Positions 1 to 9,508 of a stretch of 64,000 nucleotides of DNA are shown piece by piece. The translations under genes and the position numbers were made by a program. Each line of letters opens with the position of its first letter. Position 1 is the first letter of the stretch. The DNA is taken from IMG/VR virus record IMGVR_UViG_3300033121_000149, positions 1-64,000 of that record, one strand, 5' to 3'. The notes under the pieces were generated by a model. The model ran no database searches and was not told where the DNA came from. It was given only the letters and a program-made list of their open reading frames with translations. Origin of the DNA: a virus.

Positions 1-158
1 AGTATGGGTTTAATTGTAGGGTATAAGTTACATGACGTAACAAAAGTTGTCACTCATTATAACCTTAATCACATGTACATAATGAATCTAATTATGTCTA
101 ACATGGATAATAAAAAGTATGAACGTATCCTGTACCTAATCAAATCATAGGAGTAAGT

Positions 159-407
159 ATGGAGTATTTAAACGACACCGATCTTAAACTAAGAGGATTG
201 AGAGATTTACGTGGTGAAGTACGTAAAGAATTATCTTTAGCTATACAATCATCGGGTACTAATCTAGCTAATGGTATAGGTGATTTAAAGAGTGAAGCTG
301 ATTATCTATGTGACTTTATTCAGAGAGCTGTAAAGAAACTAGATAACATAGAACGTAAGATTGAAGAGATTGAACTACCTTTTTGTAGTGATGATATTCC
401 TTTTTAG
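159..407 (+). CDS. hypothetical protein (82 aa)
   Basis: ORF with upstream AGGAG-like RBS; no recognisable motif. Confidence 0.5.
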   Translation: MEYLNDTDLKLRGLRDLRGEVRKELSLAIQSSGTNLANGIGDLKSEADYLCDFIQRAVKKLDNIERKIEEIELPFCSDDIPF

Positions 408-409
408 AG

Positions 410-598
410 GTGTATATGAAAGTTACATTAACTGAATATCGTAAAGAGAGGCTATTGACTCTCTTCGAAATAACTTGTAAACATTATCCCGAGCGTATAA
501 TATACAGCTATGGGAAGAAACTATTTAAGTTTGTTGGTGAGTTTAGTATATTCGAAGTTAATTTAAACGAAGGATATTATATTATAACAGATAGGTAA
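410..598 (+). CDS. hypothetical protein (62 aa)
   Basis: ORF starting 3 nt after previous stop with GAGG RBS. Confidence 0.45.
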   Translation: MYMKVTLTEYRKERLLTLFEITCKHYPERIIYSYGKKLFKFVGEFSIFEVNLNEGYYIITDR

Positions 599-601
599 TA
601 T

Positions 602-811
602 ATGGAACAAGAAAATATTAGTGACGAGCTAAGGTACTCGCTATATTACTCGCTATGGAACTCGCTAAGGGACTCGCTATACGACTCGCTATGGTGCTCG
701 CTATGGGACTCGCTAAGGGACTCGCTATACTACTCGCTAAGGAACTCGCTATGGTGCTCGCTAAGGGACTCGCTATGGTGCTCGCTACGGAGGGAGTATG
801 GAGAATATTAG
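602..811 (+). repeat. MKQENIS cassette 1. Minigene (69 aa) with 13 tandem 12-bp CTCGCTA units (xxSL repeats), ends REYGEY*
   Basis: Conserved 5' ATGGAACAAGAAAATATTAGTGACGAG, 12-bp periodic array, conserved 3' GGAGGGAGTATGGAGAATATTAG. Confidence 0.85.
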
Positions 812-953
812 TAGCTCCATTCTTATACATATACGTATTAAGTTCTATAAAGAAATGAGGAAACAATTAGGTAAGAGTAAACATAATAAAATTGACGATA
901 TTTTATACGATGCTGTAAGATGTAATACAGTATCTGTTATGAATTTATTATAG
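798..953 (+). CDS. MENIS-family minigene (51 aa), start donated by cassette 3' end
   Basis: ATG inside GGAGGGAGTATGGAGAATATTAGT; stop TAG overlaps RBS of 965 gene. Confidence 0.4.
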   Translation: MENISSSILIHIRIKFYKEMRKQLGKSKHNKIDDILYDAVRCNTVSVMNLL

Positions 954-964
954 GAGAACAAACT

Positions 965-1903
965 ATGTCATTAAACAATCAGTTAATTGAAACGTTAAAG
1001 AAAGAAGCTTTAGACTATTCATTAGTGGTCAATAAGAAAACAGTAGAGAGTAATGTGCGAACATTATTCAATTCTATTTATCAACTAAAGAATAGAACAC
1101 TCAATAAAGTTGAGATACTTCCTTCACCTAAAGCAGTGCAAGATAGAGCGAATGAACTAACTAAGAGTAGTTCCAAGACTGTTCAAAGTAATATCTCACA
1201 TAATTCACTAGCACCTATTGTCCAATGTTATAGGTATCTAATGAAAGAACATAGTGATAAAACTAACGAAACATATAAGAATATTGTAGATAATTTTGAT
1301 TGTTATTTCTACGCTGTTGCATTATCCGATACTGTACTAGTGAGTGAGTTTCCTACCTTCATTCAAGTAGATAGTCAACATAGATTACATAATCTTAATG
1401 GTGCGTCTATGAGATTTAAAGATGGCTTCGAAACATTCCACTTTTCGGGTAACGTAGTAGATAAAGAATTAGCTTTAACACCTGTTGAGAAAGTTACTGC
1501 TGATATGTTAGCTAAAATTTCTAATGCTGATATACGTCGAGACTTCATTCAGAAAGTAGGTACATCACGATTAGTAAAGATACTTAACTTCAAGACAATC
1601 GAAGAAGCTTTAGGTTATAGACTGATAGAGTTCAAGGTAGTTAATGAAACTCATAAATATTTAATGATGGTGAATCCATCTATGAGTGATGAGCTACTAG
1701 AGTTTAGCGATGAGATCAGTGAGATATTCTACGACAACATGGATAATAATCCTAAATGGGTAGTTCATGTCGAAGGTGTTGACGATAATTGTAAGACAGT
1801 TATTGACGCTCTTAAATGTAGAAATGGCAAAATTAGTCCCAGAAAGGGCTTTGAAATTTCTTTAGAAAAGCCTGATAATTTTCTACCGAATCAACTAACA
1901 TAG
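965..1903 (+). CDS. hypothetical protein (312 aa)
   Basis: Long ORF, RBS GGAGAA. Confidence 0.65.
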   Translation: MSLNNQLIETLKKEALDYSLVVNKKTVESNVRTLFNSIYQLKNRTLNKVEILPSPKAVQDRANELTKSSSKTVQSNISHNSLAPIVQCYRYLMKEHSDKTNETYKNIVDNFDCYFYAVALSDTVLVSEFPTFIQVDSQHRLHNLNGASMRFKDGFETFHFSGNVVDKELALTPVEKVTADMLAKISNADIRRDFIQKVGTSRLVKILNFKTIEEALGYRLIEFKVVNETHKYLMMVNPSMSDELLEFSDEISEIFYDNMDNNPKWVVHVEGVDDNCKTVIDALKCRNGKISPRKGFEISLEKPDNFLPNQLT

Positions 1904-1910
1904 GAGTATT

Positions 1911-2030
1911 ATGAAAATATTATTATTGCTATCTATGACATTGTTTGTGTCATGTGTGACATGTAAAACTAAACTAAGTAATAGAGATACTATGTTGGAT
2001 AATATGACGAATAGAAGTACTATTAGATAG
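1911..2030 (+). CDS. putative lipoprotein minigene (39 aa; LFVSC lipobox-like signal)
   Basis: TAGGAG RBS, hydrophobic N-terminus followed by Cys. Confidence 0.3.
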   Translation: MKILLLLSMTLFVSCVTCKTKLSNRDTMLDNMTNRSTIR

Positions 2031-2037
2031 GTAATAT

Positions 2038-2307
2038 ATGAAACAAGAAAATATAAGTGACGAGTTATGGTACTCGCTAGGGAACTCGCTAAGGGACTCG
2101 CTATGGGACTCGCTAGGGAACTCGCTAGAGGACTCGCTATGGTACTCGCTAGGGAACTCGCTATGGTACTCGCTAAGGGTCTCGCTAAGGGTCTCGCTAT
2201 GGTACTCGCTAAGGGACTCGCTAGGGAAATCGCTATGGAACTCGCTAAGGTACTCGCTATGGGACTCGCTATTGAACTCGCTATGGATAGAGTATGGAGA
2301 ATATTAG
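2038..2307 (+). repeat. MKQENIS cassette 2. Minigene (89 aa) with 18 tandem 12-bp CTCGCTA units
   Basis: Same conserved 5' and 3' ends; 12-bp periodicity. Confidence 0.85.
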
Positions 2308-2416
2308 CGAGGATCTACGTGATTGTTTAACGTGGTGTCTATGTTGGGAAATGGAAGCTGATAATTATTTTATAAGACATACAATTAAGGAGGTACTATG
2401 CAAAAAGTTATTTTAG
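2294..2416 (+). CDS. MENIS-family minigene (40 aa)
   Basis: ATG within cassette 3' end; overlaps next gene start. Confidence 0.35.
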   Translation: MENISEDLRDCLTWCLCWEMEADNYFIRHTIKEVLCKKLF

Positions 2417-2742
2417 GAAAAGCTGAACAACAAGGTGACGTGTTAATGTTTCCAGTGGTTAATCACGATGAAGTATTAAAGGTACTTACTAATGGTAAGT
2501 CTACAATGTTAGTACATCAAACGACGCATCAATCTAATCAGCATCGTATTAAGAAAGGTACTATGACACAGTTTGATGGTGACTTCTTTCTCACAGGTTC
2601 AAGTGAGGTGCAAGTAACACACGTTGAACATGATAGAGATGGCGAGACTCCATTGGTATTAAGTCCAAACACTCTTTACTTAAAGGAGATTGTAAATGAA
2701 TTTGACCACATCGCAAACGAACTTAGAAAAGTTATCGACTAA
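2398..2742 (+). CDS. hypothetical protein (114 aa)
   Basis: AAGGAGG RBS 8 nt upstream. Confidence 0.65.
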   Translation: MQKVILGKAEQQGDVLMFPVVNHDEVLKVLTNGKSTMLVHQTTHQSNQHRIKKGTMTQFDGDFFLTGSSEVQVTHVEHDRDGETPLVLSPNTLYLKEIVNEFDHIANELRKVID

Positions 2743-2884
2743 TATATCATATGAGTTAGAAAGTCAGCTAAGAATGTTATTAGTGTGTGACTTAAGAGAC
2801 TTAGAGAACCATGAGATATTCTCACCAATAAAAGCTTTCATTCCTTTACATAGAAAGTTGTATAGACTATTGGATAATATATGA
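2696..2884 (+). CDS. hypothetical protein (62 aa)
   Basis: AGGAGATTGTAAATG RBS; stop overlaps next ATG (ATGA). Confidence 0.5.
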   Translation: MNLTTSQTNLEKLSTNISYELESQLRMLLVCDLRDLENHEIFSPIKAFIPLHRKLYRLLDNI

Positions 2885-3054
2885 AACAAGAAAACATAAG
2901 TGACGAGTTATGGTGCTCGCTATACGACTCGCTATGGTGCTCGCTATGGGACTCGCTAAGGGACTCGCTATGGTACTCGCTAGGGAACTCGCTATGGTAC
3001 TCGCTAAGGGACTCGCTATGGTACTCGCTACGGAGGGAGTATGGAGAATATTAG
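2881..3054 (+). repeat. MKQENIS cassette 3. Minigene (57 aa) with 10 repeat units
   Basis: Conserved ends, CTCGCTA 12-mers. Confidence 0.85.
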
Positions 3055-3184
3055 CTATGAACTAGGTTCAGAGTTAAGAAATGAACTATTCTATTCACTA
3101 TGGGATAATATCGGATATTATAGAACAGATAAATTAACACAAAACATTAATCAATTAATGGTGACTATATGGAAAATTATCTAG
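3041..3184 (+). CDS. MENIS-family minigene (47 aa, contains YSLWDN)
   Basis: ATG from cassette end; overlaps ATG 3169. Confidence 0.35.
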   Translation: MENISYELGSELRNELFYSLWDNIGYYRTDKLTQNINQLMVTIWKII

Positions 3185-3792
3185 TAAGAAATTCTAAGAT
3201 GATGGAATCAAGTGAACGAATATTTAATTTCGGTATTCCTGCTTATAAATCTAAGTCGGGTTTAATAACCTGTCCTTCAGCAGGTATATGTAAGAACGGC
3301 TGTTATGCAACTATGGGTACTTACATATGGGAGCAAGTTCAGAACGCATATGAACGAAGATTAAAATTAACACAAAGTAAAAAGTTTAGTGATGTTATTT
3401 CGGAAGAAATTCAACGTCGTGATATTAAGTATGTTAGAATACATGATAGTGGTGACTTCTATAATTCAGAGTATTTGAGTAAATGGATCAAGGTTATGGA
3501 ACTTAATCCATCGGTTACATTTTACGCATATACTAAACAAGTTAAGTTACTTAAATCATTTGTACTACCTGATAATTTCAAAGTGATATATTCATTCGGT
3601 GGCAAGCAAGACAAGTTAATTAATACTAAATGTGATAGACATAGTAAGGTGTTTATGAATGAAACTGAATTAAAAGAAGCTGGTTATGTAGATGCTTCAA
3701 AAAATGATGCAGTTGCTTTTCAAAATATTTCTAAAAAAATAGGTTTAATTTATCATGGGTATAAATCAAGAGGTGAAGTATGGAAGAACTAA
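3169..3792 (+). CDS. Cys-motif protein (207 aa; C-x5-C-x3-C-YA), possibly DUF5131/Gp37-Gp68-like
   Basis: Motif TCPSAGICKNGCYA read in translation; family assignment unverified. Confidence 0.55.
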   Translation: MENYLVRNSKMMESSERIFNFGIPAYKSKSGLITCPSAGICKNGCYATMGTYIWEQVQNAYERRLKLTQSKKFSDVISEEIQRRDIKYVRIHDSGDFYNSEYLSKWIKVMELNPSVTFYAYTKQVKLLKSFVLPDNFKVIYSFGGKQDKLINTKCDRHSKVFMNETELKEAGYVDASKNDAVAFQNISKKIGLIYHGYKSRGEVWKN

Positions 3793-4001
3793 AACAAAAA
3801 TTTAGAAAACTTTGTGGTAGAATGTCATACTATGAAGCGAGTGAAGGTTCCTCTTACAATCAAGAGGAAAAAGAAAGAAACGAATGTAATGTTGAGTTAC
3901 GTAAGGTAGCTCAAGAACTCCTTAGTAAAGGAGTAACTAAACAAGAGTTACAAGAGCTTTCATCTAATACATTAATGACTGAACGAATATATTTACAATA
4001 G
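3780..4001 (+). CDS. hypothetical protein (73 aa)
   Basis: ORF overlapping previous stop. Confidence 0.45.
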   Translation: MEELKQKFRKLCGRMSYYEASEGSSYNQEEKERNECNVELRKVAQELLSKGVTKQELQELSSNTLMTERIYLQ

Positions 4002-4010
4002 AGTTAGTAT

Positions 4011-4518
4011 ATGGAAAATATTAGTAGTATTCTGTTCTTAGAACTATACTTCGGTATTGGTAACGATTCTAGTTTACTATACAGTGATATATCGTATTCA
4101 TTTGATGATGTAGTTAAAAAAATAAGGATAGATTATGGAGAATATTAGCATAGAGTTAGGAGACTTTCTTTGGTATTGGTTACAACATGAAACATATTAC
4201 AAACTAAATACTCGTATTTATAACGAATTAATGTTTATGAGATTAAAATTAAATAATGTTAGGTTTAGATTATGACCAATATATCAGATGAACTAAAACA
4301 ATATCTCTATTACAATTTACATAATCCATGTTGTAATACTATATTCTGGATTGAATACTGGAACATGAGAGAAGAGTTCAGTAATACGAGGTATTATGCA
4401 GAACATTAGTAAAGAGTTAGATAACTATGTGTGGTCTATACTTTCCAGAGAAATAGACGACGATTCAAGAATATTATTATATTACTTATACAATAAATTA
4501 GGTCGTAAATATATGTAA
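4011..4518 (+). other. Chain of four MxNIS-family minigenes (4011-4148, 4135-4275, 4272-4409, 4396-4518; 40-46 aa each) linked by stop/start overlaps
   Basis: Each begins ATG-GAR/ACC/CAG-AAY-ATT-AGY (MENIS/MTNIS/MQNIS) followed by xEL; first ends IDYGEY* like cassettes. Confidence 0.4.
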
Positions 4519-4527
4519 GGAGTAACT

Positions 4528-6369
4528 ATGCTATTAAATTCCAATGCAGTATCTATTGAAACGAATTTAGATCGATCACAATCAACGTCATTTGGTATAG
4601 GTGACGTTAGTGTTATTATTGAAATTCTTAGAAGTAAGATGTACACTAATCCTGTTCAAACATCAGTACAGGAATATATCTGTAATGGTAGAGATGCTAT
4701 GCGTGAAGCTAAAACATTCAGTATAACACCTTTAGAAATATGTGTACCTAATACGTTTAAGCCAACGTTTAAAGTACGTGACTTTGGTGTAGGTCTTTCA
4801 CCTGAAAGGGTACGTGATGTATTTGTTATGTATGGTAGTTCAACTAAACGTGGTGACAATGGACAGACAGGTGGATTCGGTATCGGTGCTAAGTCAGCAT
4901 GGGCATACACTGATTCATTCACTATTACTTCATTCTATAATGGAATACGTTATGAATATGTAGCTCACCTTGGAGGGAATAATTCTGGTGTACTTGATAT
5001 TATCTCCAAGACAGAAACGACTGAACCTAATGGTGTATCAGTAGAGTTCGCAGTTAAACCTAATGATGTTAATACTTTTAAGGAAGCTATCTTTAGATGT
5101 ATTAGATACTGGAGTCCTAGTAGTTACAAGTTACTAGGTACTGTTGACTTCATAGTTCCTAAGATACTTATTGAAACTGATGATATTATAGTGTTACCTT
5201 ATGAGAAAGTAAACAACATTAATGGATTCATTATCGATAATATTGTTTATCCTAATATTAAACAGGAGGGTAGTTGGCAAGAGTATCACGTATCTGGATT
5301 GTCTGGAAGATTTCTTTTGAAATTTAAAACAGGTGAGATTGATATAAATCCTAACAGAGAATCTATTATTAATAATACTAAAAATCACGAAGTTATTAAA
5401 AGAAAAATAAAGAGTGTTGAATCCTTTATACAAAAAGAACGTGATGAAGTATTAAAACACGTAAATAAATCAGCTAAAAATATTCTAAACGAGTTTAAGA
5501 AAAGACCTTGGTTAATTATTAATGGTGTTGATCTAGGTAATAATTTTATACTTGATTCAACTAAAATTAGATTACCTTTTAAAGTGATTATGAAAGGGTT
5601 AAGTAGACGAGGTAGTAAGAAAACTATTCTAGTTGATTATATTGATCACGATCAAACTATCTACGTTCAATCACTTACTGATAGCGACAATCAATTCACT
5701 AGAAAGGTTGCACCTTTTGTTAATAGTGTAAGTAATATAGTTCAATTAACTTCTGATAAATATAGTAAATGTAAAGATTATCTGGTAGGTAATGTAATCA
5801 TGTCAGATACTTTAGAGTTACCTAAAATTAAAAAGAAAGTTAAAGGTAGTAGTCAATTTGTAGATGGTATTGTCTATAGTGTTGATAGATATGGTGCTAG
5901 AACACAATACAATATATCTAAAATTAGAACATTATCCAATGCTTACGAGTTACCCGACGATATAACAGATCAAGTTGAACGTAATAGAATACTACAGTTA
6001 GGTTCATTTCTTGATGTTGAACTTATCCAAGTTCCTAAAATACATAAAGGAAAATTACCTAACTTGAAACCTATTACAGAACTTGATACTCTATTATTGC
6101 AATACAAGTCTAATGCTATCTTTGATGGTTATAATGTAAACATTCTTAAACTAATTAGAGAAGGATACTTAACTACTAAGATTCCTTTAAATACTTCGTT
6201 GTCTATTAAAGTTCCGTCATTAAATTTATTTAAAGATAAAGCTGTAGTTAAAGAGATTAATGATAGTAGAGAAACATTGAATAAGTTTATTGAATCTAAT
6301 CCTGTATTCAAAACCAATGCTGGTTTAGGTACTATTAAGTTTTATGTTAAGAGAGGTAAGACAGTATGA
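4528..6369 (+). CDS. GHKL-superfamily ATPase (613 aa), Bergerat fold motifs, no TOPRIM seen
   Basis: N-box EYICNGRDA, G1 box DFGVGLS, G2 box GGFGIGAKSAWA in N-terminal 130 aa; TAAGGAG RBS. Confidence 0.6.
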   Translation: MLLNSNAVSIETNLDRSQSTSFGIGDVSVIIEILRSKMYTNPVQTSVQEYICNGRDAMREAKTFSITPLEICVPNTFKPTFKVRDFGVGLSPERVRDVFVMYGSSTKRGDNGQTGGFGIGAKSAWAYTDSFTITSFYNGIRYEYVAHLGGNNSGVLDIISKTETTEPNGVSVEFAVKPNDVNTFKEAIFRCIRYWSPSSYKLLGTVDFIVPKILIETDDIIVLPYEKVNNINGFIIDNIVYPNIKQEGSWQEYHVSGLSGRFLLKFKTGEIDINPNRESIINNTKNHEVIKRKIKSVESFIQKERDEVLKHVNKSAKNILNEFKKRPWLIINGVDLGNNFILDSTKIRLPFKVIMKGLSRRGSKKTILVDYIDHDQTIYVQSLTDSDNQFTRKVAPFVNSVSNIVQLTSDKYSKCKDYLVGNVIMSDTLELPKIKKKVKGSSQFVDGIVYSVDRYGARTQYNISKIRTLSNAYELPDDITDQVERNRILQLGSFLDVELIQVPKIHKGKLPNLKPITELDTLLLQYKSNAIFDGYNVNILKLIREGYLTTKIPLNTSLSIKVPSLNLFKDKAVVKEINDSRETLNKFIESNPVFKTNAGLGTIKFYVKRGKTV

Positions 6370-6536
6370 AACAAGAAAACATAAGTAACGAGTTATGGTG
6401 CTCGCTATGGAACTCGCTAGGGGTCTCGCTAAGGGACTCGCTAGGGGTCTCGCTAAGGAACTCGCTATGGAACTCGCTAGAGGACTCGCTATGGAACTCC
6501 CTACGGAGGGAATATGAATTTGTGGTTATTATCTAA
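6366..6536 (+). repeat. MKQENIS cassette 4. Minigene (56 aa), 9 repeat units, divergent 3' end (REYEFVVII*)
   Basis: ATGA overlap with GHKL stop; CTCGCTA 12-mers. Confidence 0.8.
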
Positions 6537-6569
6537 TGTACGAAATTATTTAAACAATAGGAGATTATT

Positions 6570-7397
6570 ATGAACTTTATTATTTTACCTAGTTCTTTAG
6601 TATTAAACAATGGTAAAGGTTCTTCTGTTACAATTAAAAAAGAGGACGCTCGTTTTGAAAAAATTATAGAGTTACTTAAGAGTGGAGCAACAGATGAAGA
6701 AATCGAAAAACTTATTAATATCGAAGAGCAACTTGAAAAGGAAGGGTTTACTGTTGAGCATGGTCTTGTACAGATTGATGGCAAACCTGTACCTGAAGTT
6801 ATAGGTCAACGTATCTTGGAGTTTTATAAACTAAACTTACCTTACAAACATCTAGTTAAGTTTGTTCGTAAATTACGTAACAATCCAAGCTTTAATAGTA
6901 TTCAAATGTTGTACAAATTCTTAGAACATAACGGACACCCAATCACTACGGAAGGTAACTTTATCGCTTATAAAGCAGTAAGACCGAACTTCTTAGATAT
7001 ACATACAGGTAAGTTTGATAATAGCGTAGGTAATATTGTATCAATGGAACGTAGTTCAGTTGATGATAATCCAGAGAATACTTGTTCGTCAGGATTACAC
7101 GTTGCTACTCTAGGTTATGCTCAAAGTTTTGGTGGATATGACAGCATCTTGATTGATGTTGAAATCGATCCTGCTGATGTAGTATCAGTACCTAAAGATT
7201 ACGATGGTACTAAGATGCGAACTTGTAAGTATAAAGTAGTAGCTGTTAATACTGCTAAAAGAATTATCGAATCACCTTTAGTTGATTCAAGTTATGCTGA
7301 AGGTTATGATATACCCGATGACAAAGAATGTCCTAACTGTGGAGCTGATGTAGACGAGTTCGATTCTTTCTGTAAAGATTGTGGTGAAGAGTTATGA
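6570..7397 (+). CDS. hypothetical protein (275 aa) with C-terminal CxxC...CxxC zinc ribbon
   Basis: AGGAGA RBS; CPNCG...CKDCG at C-terminus. Confidence 0.65.
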   Translation: MNFIILPSSLVLNNGKGSSVTIKKEDARFEKIIELLKSGATDEEIEKLINIEEQLEKEGFTVEHGLVQIDGKPVPEVIGQRILEFYKLNLPYKHLVKFVRKLRNNPSFNSIQMLYKFLEHNGHPITTEGNFIAYKAVRPNFLDIHTGKFDNSVGNIVSMERSSVDDNPENTCSSGLHVATLGYAQSFGGYDSILIDVEIDPADVVSVPKDYDGTKMRTCKYKVVAVNTAKRIIESPLVDSSYAEGYDIPDDKECPNCGADVDEFDSFCKDCGEEL

Positions 7398-7528
7398 AAA
7401 AGCAACAGAATATTAGCGTCGAGTTATACCAGATGATTGACCATAGATTGTACAACTCTAATATAGAGATTATAAATCATCTATATTGGGAGATCTGGGA
7501 TAACCTCCATAATTTATTCATAAAATAG
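7394..7528 (+). CDS. MKQENIS-family minigene without tandem array (MKKQQNISVELY, 44 aa)
   Basis: ATGA overlap; N-terminal family motif. Confidence 0.4.
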   Translation: MKKQQNISVELYQMIDHRLYNSNIEIINHLYWEIWDNLHNLFIK

Positions 7529-7550
7529 TCCCATCGTTTCAAATTCAATT

Positions 7551-7580
7551 CTTTAAAAGAAACCCTTTTTATTTTAGGAG
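7551..7580 (+). promoter_or_regulatory. conserved about 30-bp motif TTTAAAAGAAA-NNN-TTTTTATTTTA directly upstream of RBS (copy 1 of 3)
   Basis: Near-identical copies at 7551, 10505, 11945. Confidence 0.4.
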
Positions 7581-7585
7581 ATACC

Positions 7586-7819
7586 ATGAGTAAATTATAC
7601 TTCAATAGTGATGGTAGTGTTAGTTCTTTTAGTGACGAATTACATGAGTATTATACAACAGTGTTTAGTATATCAGAAGATGACGTTCAGACATTAGCCG
7701 AAGGTAATATAGGTAGGCGATTAACAGAAAATGAAATGAATAGGTTTAGATCTAAGTTTACTGTAGAGGATTGGACTGAAATCGTATTAGATACTATAGG
7801 AAATATAAAGGAGTTTTAA
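7586..7819 (+). CDS. hypothetical protein (77 aa)
   Basis: Preceded by conserved AAAAGAAACCCTTTTTATTTTAGGAG motif. Confidence 0.55.
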   Translation: MSKLYFNSDGSVSSFSDELHEYYTTVFSISEDDVQTLAEGNIGRRLTENEMNRFRSKFTVEDWTEIVLDTIGNIKEF

Positions 7820-7822
7820 TAT

Positions 7823-8068
7823 ATGAAAATATTTAAAATACCTCCTGCTGAATTTAAAGTACTGATGTATCTAAAAACACTAGACTTATCTCAAATGTAT
7901 TGTATCCAGTTTATTGCAGACAATACAAGATTAAGTTTTAAGACAACTAATAAAGCAATACAATGGTTAGAGTACTTCAATATTATTAATAGAAGTATAA
8001 CACGTAATAAGTACACTAAAAATGGTACTGTGTATGTAATAAACTCGGAGGAGTTATGGAAAATATAA
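7823..8068 (+). CDS. hypothetical protein (81 aa)
   Basis: AGGAG RBS. Confidence 0.55.
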   Translation: MKIFKIPPAEFKVLMYLKTLDLSQMYCIQFIADNTRLSFKTTNKAIQWLEYFNIINRSITRNKYTKNGTVYVINSEELWKI

Positions 8069-8217
8069 GTAATGATCTTTATATTGAACTTAGTAATAGT
8101 TTATGGTATTGTTTTGGTAGTATAACAAACTCTTTAGTTTATCGTGTATTTATTTACGATGCTAGTTTTCCACATCATAGAACAGTAAAACAGATATTAC
8201 AAGGTATGACAGTATGA
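8056..8217 (+). CDS. MENIS-family minigene (53 aa; MENISNDLY...SNSLWY)
   Basis: GGAGGAGTT RBS; protein-level xSLx motifs without DNA tandem. Confidence 0.4.
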   Translation: MENISNDLYIELSNSLWYCFGSITNSLVYRVFIYDASFPHHRTVKQILQGMTV

Positions 8218-8423
8218 AACAAGAAAATATAAGTAACGAGTTAAGGAACTCGCTATGGAACTCGCTATACGACTCGCTATACTACTCGCTATGGGACTCG
8301 CTAGGGAACTCGCTATGGGACTCGCTAGGGAACTCGCTATGGAACTCGCTATGGGACTCGCTAGGGAACTCGCTATGGAACTCGCTATACTACTCGCTAT
8401 GGAGGGAGTATGGAGAATATTAG
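8214..8423 (+). repeat. MKQENIS cassette 5. Minigene (69 aa), 13 repeat units
   Basis: Conserved ends; ATGA overlap. Confidence 0.85.
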
Positions 8424-8580
8424 CATAGAATTACGTAATGATTTATTCAATAACATGCTCTGGAATAATCGTTACTTATTAACATATACTGTAATACATA
8501 CTTTATACTCTAAGTTAAGGGATACACTCAATGATCCAAAGGAAAAATATGTTTTATCCGACTATAAAATACGTAGCTAA
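8410..8580 (+). CDS. MENIS-family minigene (56 aa)
   Basis: ATG within cassette 3' end. Confidence 0.35.
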   Translation: MENISIELRNDLFNNMLWNNRYLLTYTVIHTLYSKLRDTLNDPKEKYVLSDYKIRS

Positions 8581-9016
8581 TCCACAGTTTAACGGAATGT
8601 ATATTCCTGAAAACGATACCATCATCATTAAACAAGGACTTCCTGATAGATGGAAAGAATACGTTATTAACCATGAGTTATATCACGCATCGGGACATAC
8701 TGAACGTAATAACCGATATACACTAACACACTTTAACGATCTAGCTATAAACAGAATACATGAAGAGTTATTCGCTGATACATTAGCGTATATTATAGAT
8801 ACTTGTAGATATGGACAAGATACTTGTATTACTTATCAATGGAAATACTACATAATAACACAATCTCGATCAACTTTCGATGATATTAAACTAGATTACA
8901 ATGATTTATATCAAGCTCTAGACTACTTCTTTGAAGGAGAGTATAATGAAAAAGTGTTTAATAACTGTAAACAATTTATAGAGAAGGTAATATATGAAAC
9001 AAGAAAACATAAGTGA
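8531..9016 (+). CDS. HExxH zinc-metallopeptidase-like small protein (161 aa; HELYHASGH); alternative start 8549
   Basis: HExxH motif; AAAGGAAAAAT RBS before 8549 ATG. Confidence 0.5.
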   Translation: MIQRKNMFYPTIKYVANPQFNGMYIPENDTIIIKQGLPDRWKEYVINHELYHASGHTERNNRYTLTHFNDLAINRIHEELFADTLAYIIDTCRYGQDTCITYQWKYYIITQSRSTFDDIKLDYNDLYQALDYFFEGEYNEKVFNNCKQFIEKVIYETRKHK

Positions 9017-9155
9017 CGAGTTATGGGTCTCGCTAGGGAACTCGCTATGGAACTCGCTATACGACTCGCTATACTACTCGCTAGGGTACTCGCTAAGGAA
9101 CTCGCTATGTAACTCGCTAAGGAACTCGCTACGGAGGGAGTATGGAGAATATTAG
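8994..9155 (+). repeat. MKQENIS cassette 6. Minigene (53 aa), 9 repeat units
   Basis: Conserved ends. Confidence 0.85.
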
Positions 9156-9300
9156 TGACGATCTACGTATACTTGTACATAATAAGTTATGTGATGAAAT
9201 ATTTCATAGACATTCAAAATATGTTGAAACAGATGGTATTAACATGATGTTATACAGTAGAATAAAATTAAGAGGAGGGTTTATATGGACGAACTATTAA
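9142..9300 (+). CDS. MENIS-family minigene (52 aa)
   Basis: ATG in cassette end. Confidence 0.35.
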   Translation: MENISDDLRILVHNKLCDEIFHRHSKYVETDGINMMLYSRIKLRGGFIWTNY

Positions 9301-9500
9301 AAGAAGTAAGATTAACTGTTAATAAAGAAGTAGCTCATAGTTTACAATTAATTAGAGAAGAACAACGTGAAGGATCTATTGAAACGGAAGATGACTTGAA
9401 TCAGTTAATTGATAGAGATCTATTCTTCGATATAGACGATCTTACTGGTAGTATATGTAAAGAGATTCGCCGACTTATTCGGAAAGAACTTAAACGATAG
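9285..9500 (+). CDS. hypothetical protein (71 aa)
   Basis: GAGGAGGG RBS. Confidence 0.55.
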   Translation: MDELLKEVRLTVNKEVAHSLQLIREEQREGSIETEDDLNQLIDRDLFFDIDDLTGSICKEIRRLIRKELKR

Positions 9501-9508
9501 GAGTATTT

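Noticed and set aside
618-2330. ORFs 618-866(-), 655-858(+), 2067-2330(+) with IASxLAS / LAKGLAM repeats
   Set aside because: Alternate-frame and antisense readings of the same 12-bp repeat. Artefacts of periodicity.
4528-6369. GHKL protein as T4 gp39-like topoisomerase II subunit
   Set aside because: No TOPRIM motif and no gp52/gp60-like partner nearby.
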